A stretch of 63,730 nucleotides of DNA, filler included, from Lenisia limosa (lineage: Eukaryota > Protista > Breviatea): NCBI GenBank assembly GCA_001655205.1. It is 13 parts of 13 records of this genome, joined end to end, with 100 filler letters (N's around TTAATTAATTAA, not from the genome) between each part and the next. Parts side by side here need not be neighbours in the genome. Positions count along the whole stretch, not along the records: positions 34,950 to 37,940 come from LPNZ01010415.1; positions 38,041 to 42,003 come from LPNZ01006757.1; positions 42,104 to 46,128 come from LPNZ01011477.1; positions 46,229 to 47,663 come from LPNZ01003126.1; positions 47,764 to 57,733 come from LPNZ01003372.1; 8 more parts are not named here. One strand, 5' to 3'. Numbering within the stretch: position 1 is the first letter of the stretch; each line of letters starts with the position of its first letter. The translations under genes and the position numbers were made by a program. This document shows, in pieces, positions 36,908 through 48,999 of the stretch. A model generated the notes under the pieces. It did not search any database. It had not been told where the DNA came from and saw nothing but the letters and a program-made list of their open reading frames with translations.

Positions 36908-37452
36908 CATAGGACCCTAAAAAGGTGATATGATTGTTTGAAACTGTTTTGTTCAGAGATACAGAAAGGTGACAACTAGAGATCCCTATGGTCCGAAAAA
37001 GGCCGGTAAAATATCGATATTATTCAAGGATTTATTGAGAAATTCGGGCTTTTTGGAAGCTCTATGGATAAAGTTTCAACCCTATTCTTTATTGTATTAC
37101 ATTCAAGAAATATAGCTGTGTGCACACTGTGCTTGTAAATGTTTGCATGAATTTGAATGATAATCGACATTGTACACTTATGGCTTCGGTCAGATACTAC
37201 ATTGCTACATATATTTATTCTCATATGCTATCCACATCAAGCCCACATAATAGGCCCTGGGAGCTTGTTTTGTTTTTGGAAGCAGTAACAGTTTCAGAAC
37301 AGTATGCCTTCTCCTCCAGCAGGCCTCCAAGGTTTGGTTGGACCATCTTTCATTGGGTTCAACAACGTAGACATAAATTATATCTTGGGATCTACAATTC
37401 ATACTAAAACAGCGCATTGAGCGAAAGAAATAGGACATACACAGGTTACCGT

Positions 37453-37567
37453 TAGGGCTTCACTTGGTACAAAATATCGACAAGCTTTGGAAATATATAA
37501 GAGTAAAATATCGATGTTTTCGAGTATTTATTGAGTAATTCAGTCTATTTTCGAACCGAAGTGAAGC
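37453..37567. mobile_element. hAT-like MITE family A, diverged
   Basis: tagggcttcacttggtac ... ttttcgaaccgaagtgaagc. Confidence 0.8.
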
Positions 37568-37592
37568 GGTAGTCATAATACATGTATTACAG

Positions 37593-37790
37593 CATCACTT
37601 TTTGGCTAATTTTCACACTGCACTATCATTTTCCACGCAGTGATACGATACCTCATATTCACTCGTATGATAATTGACCGGCAAGTCTCAATGATACTCT
37701 GATACACTCGGGATGGACCCTCATGTTATCTTCGTTCATCATTTCGATTTGAAAGTCGGTCATATGATCATATCACAAGTGGATATGGGT
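37593..37790. mobile_element. Truncated second copy of palindromic family C
   Basis: Direct similarity to ~36370-36560 (actatcattttccacgcagtgata...caagtctcaatgatactctgatacactcggga...gaaagtcggtcatatgatcata). Confidence 0.85.
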
Positions 37791-38543
37791 TAACATTTGT
37801 ACGCCAACACTCAAATAGAGAACGATAGAAACCGAAGAACTAATCATCCCTTGCAGAGCTCCAAGCGCAGCATCAAACTCGATCGTCATCCCTTCTCTGT
37901 CCAGTTCAGACGAATATGAGTCGGGATTTTTCTCTCCGCCNNNNNNNNNNNNNNNNNNNNNNNNNNNNNNNNNNNNNNNNNNNNTTAATTAATTAANNNN
38001 NNNNNNNNNNNNNNNNNNNNNNNNNNNNNNNNNNNNNNNNGAGGTTTGGAAACTATTTCAACTGACATCTATTCATAAATCCCCCAAAATCACTTCAATT
38101 AGCCTCCTTTAACACCTTTTCTTGAGGCAAAGTGTTCCAACATTTCCAAACCCCTGTGGCCAAGTGCTGCCCATCATCACCACATATAGTCTAAATTTCC
38201 GAACTTTTAACTTGTATTAATTGCGAACTAAATCTGTTAAAACCTTCATCACTCTCCACAGACCCTTGATTTCAGCACCTCTCGTATGGTCAACCTATGG
38301 CGTGGCCTCATTGTACTGTCTTGCTGATGTCCGGGATAAGTGTGTCAAGGCAAGAAATGTGGGGGGTGGGGGGGGGGGGNNNNNNNNNNNNNNNNNNNNN
38401 NNNNNNNNNNNNNNNNNNNNNNNNNNNNNNNNNNNNNNNNNNNNNNNNNNNNNNNNNNNNNNNNNNNNNNNNNNNNNNNNNNNNNNNNNNNNNNNNNNNN
38501 NNNNNNNNNNNNNNNNNNNNNNNNTACGGGACTCTGGCAGTTA

Positions 38544-38709
38544 CTGGTGCGGGGGGATGGGGGAATATGGTATGTGGAGTCAAACATTTATGAACCAAAA
38601 AAAAGCCCAAATCAAATCTGTTAGCTGTCAACACACGAGGGTTGACAACAATAAAACAAACAAAGCCCAGGCCGCCAGTCGCGTCTGCAGTACTACGTCC
38701 CCCTCTTAC
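38544..38709 (-). mobile_element. Intron-shaped repeat family I, complete copy (GTAAGA...CCAG, 166 nt)
   Basis: The minus strand reads gtaagagggggacgtagtactgcagacgcgactggcggcctgggctttgtttgttttattgttgtcaaccctcgtgtgttgacagctaacagatttgatttgggctttttttggttcataaa...ccccgcaccag. Its removal joins open frames NGDGCLD|LTARVP. Confidence 0.75.
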
Positions 38710-39733
38710 AATCCAGGCATCCATCACCATTCCTCCTCTTTTTATCCATCAAGCTGTTACTGCAACAAAGGTTTGTTTTTTTGGGACTCCATGTGGTTTT
38801 CTTAGAGGTTTTTCTTGAACTTGGGTTGTACTTTACTCTGTAGAGGATCTTCCCACGTGCCCACCCTTTGGTTCCAACTTTAGTTGGACTTGTCACAATA
38901 CCCCTCATTGTCAAGGTTTGTGGTTAACACCGCTCTGATTTATATGCTTTTGTGTGTCTGGGCAAGATTGGAGTTTTAAAAAAACAAGTGAACAAATATA
39001 CCCCCTGTATTTCTAATCTCCATTATTTAGCCAATTGATCACGGCGTGGACTACTTAATGAATAACACTCTTCGCAAGTGGCTTGCTTCGGAGAAGAAAG
39101 ACTANNNNNNNNNNNNNNNNNNNNNNNNNNNNNNNNNNNNNNNNNNNNNNNNNNNNNNNNNNNNNNNNNNNNNNNNNNNNNNNNNNNNNNNNNNNNNNNN
39201 NNNNNNNNNNNNNNNGGTCTCTTTTGGGTAACTAGTATATTATAAATCACTTTTTCTAATATAAGATTGTTTATTAACGCCAACTGGTTGAAGGGTCACT
39301 ACGGCGCTTTGACTTGGGCTTCTTGTGAAAACGTTGGGGATTCCCATAATTTACAAGGGAATCCCATGGAATTTTATGGAAATTTGAAGAAATTTATGGG
39401 ATTCCCATCTAATAGTAAACGGGAATCCCAAGTCCCAAGTCGATGCGCTGTGGTGGTATTGAAAGAGAATTACGCTGGAATATAAGCACTCAAAAGATTA
39501 AAAACTATAAGCAATAACACATGGTATCACTAAACATAGTACAAGGTCACTTCGTATACTGCTGTCCCGTCATTATCGGCAATTGACAACTGGGAAAACC
39601 TGGGGGAATAAAACGGAAAAATCAAAGAAACAAACCCAAAACCAACTCTGTTTGTAGTAACATACCAGTTTCTGCACTATCCCCTCTCCCTACATTGTTT
39701 TTTGTTTGCATAGTTCTTATGAATTATTATATA

Positions 39734-39847
39734 CCCGTGGGGAGATAAAATTGGAAAATTTATGAAACAAAAAAAAGACGCAAAATCAACTCTGTTGGCT
39801 GCAAAAAATAAGCCCAGGTCAATAGATTCTGCAGCACCGCATCTCAC
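39734..39847 (-). mobile_element. Intron-shaped repeat family I copy
   Basis: Minus strand gtgagatgcggtgctgcagaatc...cctgggctt...cagccaacagagttgatttt...gtttcataaattttccaattttatctccccacgg. Confidence 0.8.
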
Positions 39848-41246
39848 CACTCCAAAATAATGAAAAACTATGAAACAAAAAACCCAGAAATGACATAAAT
39901 AGTACATGGATATTAATTACTTCCCCACCCACGCTTCGGGAAACCACATAGAGATTGTTTCTCCAGCCGTTACAGTGAAGTCCCAGGACTTGCTAACCTA
40001 GGAGGGTGACTAAAACGAAGACATTTTGAGGAAGAATATTGGCAGAACCACAGACCCCAACAGTCAAATCACACCCAAATACCAAGTCAATATCCATGGC
40101 AGTTACAGAAGCTTCCTCTGCAGTGCAAGTCCAGCAGCAATTTGACTGTCCCTATATGGTAAGTCTTTTCATATAACTGTCCCTATATGGTAAATCTTTT
40201 ATTAATATAACAGTCACAATGGTAACAATTAAGTAATACCATGCCGAAGACGTCCACTATCACAATGAAATCTAACCCTGAGCATACTACTGGTGCAAGG
40301 ATTCTGGAACTATAGGAGGAATCTACTGCTGAGCCTCGAGCTAAGAGCAATCTGGGGGGGGGGGGGAANNNNNNNNNNNNNNNNNNNNNNNNNNNNNNNN
40401 NNNNNNNNNNNNNNNNNNNNNNNNNNNNNNNNNNNNNNNNNNNNNNNNNNNNNNNNNNNNNNNNNNNNNNNNNNNNNNNNNNNNNNNNNNNNNAGTTGAT
40501 AACACCTTTGAAGCATCACCACCCTTCCTCCCAAAAACAGTAATTTCAGCAGAAGATGTGAGACGAACATGAGAACGACATAGTATATGTAGGTACCGGC
40601 AAAATAAAAAGTAATAAAAGTGGGTTTTTATGAACAAAATAAAAGGTTAATTTATGCAAATATCTTTCCGTTTTTTTGAAGAGCCACCCCATTAGATATA
40701 CTCACCCCCCGCCCGCGACAAGCAAGCAACCCAAGCAGCAGAGGTCCTCCCATCATTATGAAGNNNNNNNNNNNNNNNNNNNNNNNNNNNNNNNNNNNNN
40801 NNNNNNNNNNNNNNNNNNNNNNNNNNNNNNNNNNNNNNNNNNNNNNNNNNNNNNNNNNNNNNNNNNNNNNNNNNNNNNNNNNNNNNNNNNNNNNNNNNNN
40901 NNNNNNNNNNNNNNNNNNNNNNNNNNNNNNNNNNNNNNNNNNNNNNNNNNNNNNNNNNNNNNNNNNNNNNNNNNNNNNNNNNNNNNNNNNNNNNNNNNNN
41001 NNNNNNNNNNNNNNNNNNNNNNNNNNNNNNNNNNNNNNNNNNNNNNNNNNNCTCATTTGGAAAAAAACACACGGGTTAAAAACAAGCCAGTCGACTCTAC
41101 AAGAGGACGGGTGAAGAACCGAAATATATACTCTCCCACACTTCACCCCTTACTACACCATCAATCATATGATTGATATATTACATTATACAGCTAGTAT
41201 ATGATAAGTATCAGAGATAAATATGGAACAATACAATTATATGGTA

Positions 41247-41347
41247 TACGGTTTCACTTCGATTCGAAAAAGAGTCTGAATTTCTTGATGAATCTTCGAA
41301 AACTATCGATGTTTTCCCAGGTTTTTCAGTACCGAGGTGAAGGCCTA
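41247..41347. mobile_element. hAT-like MITE family A
   Basis: ggtttcacttcgattcgaaaaa ... gtaccgaggtgaaggccta. Confidence 0.85.
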
Positions 41348-42151
41348 TAGGTATATCTACATTGATAAATATGAGGTATGTCTGGCTTGGTATATATATA
41401 GATATATTATATGCATATACATATGATAGAAGGCTACTCCTACGATCCCCAAGGTATCAAGGTATGCGGGAGGCAGCACAAAGCTATCTACACAGAGTTT
41501 TAACTTTTAAGGCAAATGATTGGGGGAATTAAGTACCCCATACCCCCCCGTACGCCCATCTTCCGATATGCCCGGCTTGAGGCATGACGAAGTAGTTTTC
41601 GGATGCGGAAGTAGCGCTGACAGTCACTGTGGCGCGCATGTCTGTGACGTGATATTTATAGAAGATAGCAAACCTATAGTATGATATATATTATAGTATA
41701 TAATACATAAATAATTTATGCTCGAGGTCCTAAACTATGTCGTTAATTCGAATTATTGTCGTTAATTCAATTTTCTGTGACTGTCTCTTTCTCATGTTAC
41801 GGTCAACTTCACAACAATTTAACTCGTAAAAAAGGACATATGAGAAAAATGCGAGCGCATAAACTGAAAAAAATTGCGCGAGCGTGGCGCTAAAAATTTT
41901 TCCACGATAAAGTGCTGATCTTGCAAAAAAAAAAATTGAAAGGTATATTTTTCTTTGTTTTCCTTCATAAACAAATTAAGTGTGTATATCTCAGAAATAT
42001 ATTNNNNNNNNNNNNNNNNNNNNNNNNNNNNNNNNNNNNNNNNNNNNTTAATTAATTAANNNNNNNNNNNNNNNNNNNNNNNNNNNNNNNNNNNNNNNNN
42101 NNNTCATATCACTTGTTATCCCCCGAAAATCATGGCTCACCACACCTGCAG

Positions 42152-45100
42152 GTCTACACTGTCGGCCCTCCCCCCCACTTCAAAGAAACCCAGGCCATCT
42201 GTGGTGTCGGTATGCAGAGAAAAGAAATGCGGTTGAAATGACTTGGGGGTTCAAAGGCAAAATCCGTGTTTTTGGCAATAAGATTGCTGAAGCTTTACAT
42301 TTTCTTATTATTTTCCAATATTTGTCTCACTTCTCAGCCGAAGACGGTCTTATTGTCCAAACCGGCTCTCNNNNNNNNNNNNNNNNNNNNNNNNNNNNNN
42401 NNNNNNNNNNNNNNNNNNNNNNNNNNNNNNNNNNNNNNNNNNNNNNNNNNNNNNNNNNNNNNNNNNNNNNNNNNNNNNNNNNNNNNNNNNNNNNNNNNNN
42501 NNNNNNNNNNNNNNNNNNNNNNNNNNNTCGATAGTTATCCAGGATTTATCAGGATATTTGGTCTTTTTTTGAACCTTAGGGAAGCCCTGCATACATCACA
42601 TCCAGCTCATGACCCCTTCAGGAGTGGGAATTCTTCCACTTCCGTGACCTCCGCGGCTGGAGTACGCGCCAGGGTGACGCAACTATCCTCGAGATCCATA
42701 AGCCTAACCCCCAAATGGCAATGGTGAGTCTGGGGCTTGGTTGTGTAGGGTAACACAGATATAAGGACGATCTGTTGAGTTATCAATTCTATCACAAGAA
42801 ATATTTAAATATTGACACAAAAAGCACCTTGCCAAAGGCATGTCCCGAGGATTTTGCCTGGGTAAAAAAAAGACATAAAATTTGCCTCATAAGAAACATT
42901 GAGCTCTTTACCCCAGCCTCTTATACCTTGCAGTTGATGGACGTTCTGACGTTCCGTGCGGACGAGAGCACTGTTGCCGAAATCATCCACAGTCTCAACG
43001 AGTACCGCTATCTCATCGGTCCCTCCCTGTCCCGTGCCGACGCCGCCCATGTCAACCCCGACCCTACCGGGCAGGTTTGAGCAATGATGACGTGTATTCA
43101 TGGTTGAGTGTAAAGGGTGGAGTGTTTTCGAGTCAATAAGCTTGAAATTAACTGTCCAGTTGGCCCGCTCCCTGCCACCCCCTCTGGTCTTCGAGGAGCC
43201 TGTGACTCGGTCCCTCATGCACCCCCAGAGATCCAGACTTGGTTGGTTTTTAGTAATGAAATATCACGACCCTTGTTGTTGCCTAGTTTCAATAGAGACT
43301 TTACTGCAAAAAAAATAAAAATATGTTGCACCAGATTTGGCTCGTTATTGTACTCATGGCCATCAGAGAACTTCAAAAGATGCTACATCAAGGGCTGTCT
43401 GACCAATGGAGCCAAGCCCGTCACCAAGGTCGGCTTTCCTATTGCGGTTTTTGCTGTAGTGTTTCTAATCTCAAAACTGGGAACACCATGGTTCCAACAG
43501 TTAACATATGTAAATCATTGTGTTCATATTTGTTATATTGATGAACTTAGCAACTTTATCAATTCTCATTTATAGTTGACCAGAATTCCTAATCCCCCAG
43601 GTCTATCTCCGTGTCGACAATTGCCTGGACAATGGAACCGATATGGAACTTCTGGTGAGAGGTGTTGATAAAATGATTTCTTCTAGTTTTCTGAATGATA
43701 TGATCTTGGTCCTTCATCAGATTCTCTCTGAGTAGCATTATATTCACCCTCCCCCCCCAGGATCTGACAAACTGCCAAATGGACCTCCCCACCTTCCAAG
43801 TCGTCGCTCGTGCCGTCAACAACACTTTCACAGGAGAGTGGGCTGGGGTCAAATCTCATTTGTGAACTGCACTGAACTGAACTGAAGGTCATTCCATTTA
43901 GAGGCACCTCCTCCCTTGCCCACGATGACGAGTTCAAGGAGAACTTCATCATCAAGACCCTCAACATTTCCGGCAACCCTATCTTCACAGTCGGGTCTTC
44001 TTCCAAGGCTTTCGCCTCCCTCGGACAGGTGGGTGGCTTGCTGTCGGATCGACAAGGGTATCTGTGAGTTCTCAGAGGATACAATGCTCGGTTCTGATGT
44101 TTGTTGAGAATCGTAAAAACATCTTTGTTTTTAGCCTCCAATCCCTCCGACATGACTTTTTTGCACTCACCCCCTTCCCCTAGATCCTTGAAACTGCGAC
44201 AGTCACACGTTTGGACCTCGGAAAGACCAAGCTCTCTTCTGTCCTCGAAGTAAGCCCCAATGCCCCGGTGGCGTAATGCCTTGTTTTCGTTCTACCCACA
44301 CTTCATCACACGCTATCTTCCAAAACCAATTTCTCTCTACAAGTTTTTTTTTTTAGTTAGGCTTCAAAAATATTTTGTTTTCTTTGCTGCGTTCAAATGT
44401 TGGAGTTTCAGATTAATGGAACTGATCAGTACCTTTACGCCAATATGNNNNNNNNNNNNNNNNNNNNACTCGGTCGCGTCAGTAACGCCCGCAACCTCAA
44501 GGAGCTCGTCCTTAGCGGCAACCAGCTCAAGGCCCCTCAGATCGCCAAGGTCAGTGCTTCTCCAAGCTTTCTAGTAATAATACGGATTCTGTTACATATT
44601 AGTGTTGTTTTGGGCTTTTTGTTTCATAAATTTTCACATTTAATATCGAAATTTCCTTCGTTTTACCCCCCCCCCCCCCNNNNNNNNNNNNNNNNNNNNN
44701 NNNNNNNNNNNNNNNNNNNNNNNNNNNNNNNNNNNNNNNNNNNNNNCCTTCGCGACAACCTGCTGGAAGATGGAGTCATGGAGGCCCTTGCTGGCTTCCT
44801 GTCCAACCCCAAGTACGCCTAATGTCCACCCGGGGCTGCCTTGAGTAGGGCTTCACTTCAGTTCGAAAAAGTCTGGTAAAATATCGATAGTTTTCGATGA
44901 TTTATCGAGACATTAGTCTTTTTTTGAACCGAAGTGATGCCCTAGCCTTGAGGGGCTCCTGATGTGCTCTTGTCATCTTTACTGATCTTCTTGCCCTTTC
45001 ACCCCCGCAGCTCAGATTTGGGCTTTTTTTTCAATTTTCTAATTTTACTCCCCGCAGCTCAGCTCTGAACCACCTGGACTTGAGCATGAACAAGATGAGT

Positions 45101-46128
45101 GACAAGGGCATGATGGTCATGGCCCAGTGCCTGAAGGAGAACCACAACTCCAATCTCAGGTCCGCAGAACTGGGAACAGACATGGTGAATGCCAAGGTGT
45201 CATAGTATTAGAGGCTCTTGTTTTTCAAATCATGTTCAGAAATAGTCACTTCTATTGCCTTGTGTGTGTGTGTATGTTTAATAGATCACTTCTATTGCCT
45301 TGTGTGTGTGTGTGTATGTTTAATAGATCACTTCTATTGCCTTGTGTATGTGTGTTTTTTTTTTTTTTTTTTACACTAATGTTTGGAAAAACCCAAACCA
45401 CACAATTCGACCAGGCCATTTTCTTTTAACTTCACAGAACCCTGTGTCTGCAAAACAACAAGATCTCGACTAAGGGCGCTCTCGTGCTTTGTGACGCCCT
45501 CTTCAACATGAAGAAGCTTGAAGTGTAGGAGGATAGGAGGATAGCTTTGGACTACACCAGAATCCTAACTCGGATTTTAGTAGATAGCTGTGTTTGCATA
45601 TTATATGCAAATGCCCATATTTTGACCTTGACCTTCCAGGTTGAAGCTCTCGCGCAATGAACTTTCGGCCAAGTTCGGCGTTGAAGTGGCCAACATGCTC
45701 GAAAAGACCAACTTCCTCAAGAACCTCGCTCTCAACAAGGTGTCGCTGGAGAAGAAGGGATGCAGAGCGGTGGGTAGTAGGGTGGTAAAGTACACACTTT
45801 TAGCGTCAAAAGGTTCCAATTTTCGATAGTGATGAATCCCCGTGACCCCCCAGCTTGCCAAGGCCCTCAGCAAAAACTCGTCGCTGACCTCCATCAATCT
45901 GTCAAACAATGGCTTCGATGACGATGCTTCCAAGACCATTGCTTCAAGGTCTTTATGGCTGGATTTGTCGATATATTGGCGTAAAACACTGAATATTAAT
46001 TCAGGGGAGGGAGGGGGGTCTGACTGAAGTGTCGTTAAACTTGGTCAAAGAACTACTTGTGAACCTTATTGTAACCCTTCTGTAGCCTTGGAACAGACAA
46101 CCGAACCCTGACCTCCCTGACTCTAATG
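42152..46128 (+). CDS. FERM C-lobe plus RNI-like leucine-rich-repeat protein (partial; FrmC-like architecture)
   Basis: N-terminal exons KETQAICGV|AEDGLIVQTGS...EWEFFHFRDLRGWSTRQGDATILEI...LTFRADESTVAEIIHSLNEY resemble FERM F3. Later exons are LRRs: LKELVLSGNQL, LRDNLLEDGVMEALA, LDLSMNKMSDKG, LCLQNNKISTKG, LKLSRNELSAKFG, LTSINLSNNGFDDD. Confidence 0.75.
44846..44944. mobile_element. hAT-like MITE family A with a perfect 8-bp TSD, intronic
   Basis: GCCTTGAG|tagggcttcacttcagttcgaaaaa...tttttgaaccgaagtgatgcccta|GCCTTGAG. Confidence 0.95.
45241..45352. repeat. Intronic minisatellite, ~3 copies of a ~42-bp unit
   Basis: (atagatcacttctattgccttgtgtgtgtgtgtatgttta)n. Confidence 0.9.
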
Positions 46129-46464
46129 NNNNNNNNNNNNNNNNNNNNNNNNNNNNNNNNNNNNNNNNNNNNTTAATTAATTAANNNNNNNNNNNNNNNN
46201 NNNNNNNNNNNNNNNNNNNNNNNNNNNNATAGATTGAACTAGAATCCAGCCTAAATGTCAATAGGGAAGGAAAAGGAGGATGAGAGGGAGAAGGAAGCGG
46301 TAGGGTGACGAAGAATAATGTCAAGAGGGATAAAAGCGAATGAAACCCAGTTGGCATGAAAGAGATACTGAGAAAAAACAGGCCAGTTATATTACGCACA
46401 AAAAAATATAAAAACGAAGATTCTCTATGAACAATTGTATCAAGAATTACAAGGGCATCAACAC

Positions 46465-47228
46465 CTTGGACAGCCCCCTACAGAAGGCATTTTGAACCAG
46501 GGAACGTCAGGATAGGTGGCCTATATGGTCAATATAAGGCTACTGACAAGGTAATAATGCAGAATGTTTCAAAAGGTTATCTGGCCGAAATTAAATCATC
46601 CAACGCGGCCTAACTACTGGGTTGACATCAACAAAAAATGACGATAATCAAAAAAATTGTTAATACGTAGGAATCATTTTCTCTTCCCCTCCAACACCAC
46701 CACACCAAGCCCCCCCACAGCGGTGACGTCACGAGTTTCCGAGGGTGTTAGCACAATTGACTGAGCAACAAGAGTGCCGTTGACCAGTTCGCCCTCAACC
46801 AGCACGAAGGAGGCTGACGTAATGAAGCCTTCTTTGACCTCCTCCTGGAAGGTTAGCTCTTTTAGTTGATTTATTTGATTTGGGTTTTTTTTATTACATT
46901 TTTTGAGACTTATTATAAATCTAAAGCGACCCCAAATCCAATGATTTAGTAAAAGAGTGAAAATCCTGATTTCAGTTCAAATCAAAATCCTTACACCCGT
47001 TTTGATACCAGTCTGTTTAATTGAACACAATTAAATGAACTTGAAATTCAAAGATAAATATGCTTGATTTTGCAAAAAAATATGAAAGTAAAAAGACAAG
47101 AAAAACAACCCTCATAGTACTAGAGATATCTGGCTTACAGTACAAGAGATATCCAGAGGGATAGAGTCGTCAAGGTCCTGAAGCTCCCACGTCCGATTGG
47201 CTGTCTCCACTATTTGCCCGAGGACAAA
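46465..47228 (-). CDS. POLE2: DNA polymerase epsilon subunit B (Dpb2/POLE2), internal exons
   Basis: FVLGQIVETANRTWELQDLDDSIPLDISCT|EEVKEGFITSASFVLVEGELVNGTLVAQSIVLTPSETR matches the POLE2 OB-fold pattern VLGmi....f.LED....v.LDlS...GlyTe.cFVLvEG. Confidence 0.72.
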
Positions 47229-47782
47229 CTATAACATTAAAGGAGAGAGTAAACTATAATAAAGGAGAGAACAAATTACATCAATTAAATAAACTAAACA
47301 AAGAGGGGGAACTAATTTCTCCCCCTCTATCTCCCCCCCCCCCCAANNNNNNNNNNNNNNNNNNNNNNNNNNNNNNNNNNNNNNNNNNNNNNNNNNNNNN
47401 NNNNNNNNNNNNNNNNNNNNNNNNNNNNNNNNNNNNNNNNNNNNNNNNNNNNNNNNNNNNNNNNNNNNNNNNNNNNTTCAATTTTCTCTAAGATTGGCTC
47501 ATATTGAACATGATATACGCCAAAGCTTGGAGTCTTTCAAACTGAAGTAACGGGTAGTTATTAACAAAAAAGTAATTCGTTTCAAAGAAGGGGTATTGGA
47601 ACAACTTTCTAAGAGCATCCATGACAACTTTCTGAAATACCACCCTGCTATAAAACCCGCCTCNNNNNNNNNNNNNNNNNNNNNNNNNNNNNNNNNNNNN
47701 NNNNNNNTTAATTAATTAANNNNNNNNNNNNNNNNNNNNNNNNNNNNNNNNNNNNNNNNNNNNCCCCCAACCCCAACCCCAC

Positions 47783-47904
47783 GTTGAAAAAAGTGACAGA
47801 ATCGAGCAGCCCAGGAAGAAGAAGATCACCAGGAGGAAAAGAACAACATTCATAGTCAGCCCTGAATTGACTGCCGAAAAGATCACGTCACTGAGGATTG
47901 ACAT
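47783..47904 (-). CDS. First exon of a small membrane protein, possibly Pkr1-like (V-ATPase assembly factor)
   Basis: MSILSDVIFSAVNSGLTMNVVLFLLVIFFFLGCSILSLFST|gtgggg. The resemblance to Pkr1 N-termini is from memory only. Confidence 0.4.
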
Positions 47905-48999
47905 ATTGCTCTGTTTGAGAGAGAATCTCAAGAGAATACCAACTTGTTAATATTTGTAGGGAAAAAGTTGCTTATATATATACACCCTGATAAAAAAGTG
48001 CAAAAGAGGAGCAAAAAGCAGGCAAAAAGTGGCAAAAAGGGGGGAGGTGCAGGGAGGGAAAGGAAGTAAAAGTAGATGGAAGCTTGTGCCCATGAGAAAA
48101 TACAGATGTTTTTGCTTTTTTCTTTATTAATCAAATAGTTTTGTGCCCGCAAAAAATATATCAGCAAACTTGCCTGATTAGGCAGGTGGCTTCTTTGTTC
48201 AGTTTCCCAGATTTTGAACCCGCATTTCCTCATACTAATAAAAGGAAATAACCCATCTAAAACGTTCCGCTGTTTCCACAATGAATTTCCATCCATCTTA
48301 GGACTGTAATTGCACCGTCCTGACTTTTGTACCTTGTGGCCTTGTCACCTCTTTAGCCCAGACCCACTCGTAAGCCCCGTTAAAGCAGTATGCCTGTTGG
48401 ATTATTCATGTTGCAAACGGTTTTGAATTTGTGTTCTGGGCAGCTTGTTCTCTCCTCTCCTCTCTCTGGAGGCTCTACCTAACCTCTCTTTCTTAAGGGT
48501 GGTTGAGGAGGTATTCAAATATTTGTTAAATATCACTGAGCAATAATCTTTGAAGTGATGGTAACATCAATTGGTTTGGCTTTCTGTGTCTTGCCTCCTC
48601 CCCTGTTTTTGTGTATTATTCGTGCATTATTATTTTGCTCGGTTCAGAATTTACCTTATTGAGTTGCTGGTTTTGGTTTCTTTTGATTTCATATGATGAA
48701 TAACCTTTGACAAATATCTGTCCTATAGCACATTACTTATGCTTCCAAAATACAGGATAAATATCAATCGAGGAGGATATCAATATTAATTCTCCTTTTT
48801 TTGCGAAAATCCAATCTAGTTGAAGCCCAATTAAAGCATTCTCTTCATTATCACTTTGCAACTATCAGTTCTCTTTTGTCCCAAAAAGACTTGATAAAAC
48901 CACCATTAACATCGGATATTTTACCAGTCTTTTCTAGCCATAGGCAAGCACTCATGTATATCCAGAACACGCCGGAAGTGACTCGATAGCTATCCTGAC

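Noticed and set aside
40280-40345. Ankyrin repeat (LLLARGSAVD on the minus strand)
   Set aside because: Only a 10-residue resemblance, with no TPLH motif or second repeat visible.
38308-41176. Long track ORFs spanning N-runs (here and elsewhere)
   Set aside because: Their length comes from X residues in gaps. The short real exon candidates in this scaffold could not be assigned to a family.
42320-43080. Threonine synthase (AEDGLIVQTGS resembled the AEDGVKATHSPAMD region)
   Set aside because: The following exons do not give SPAMDI/SSNFER. Spliced together, they fit a FERM C-lobe leading into LRRs.
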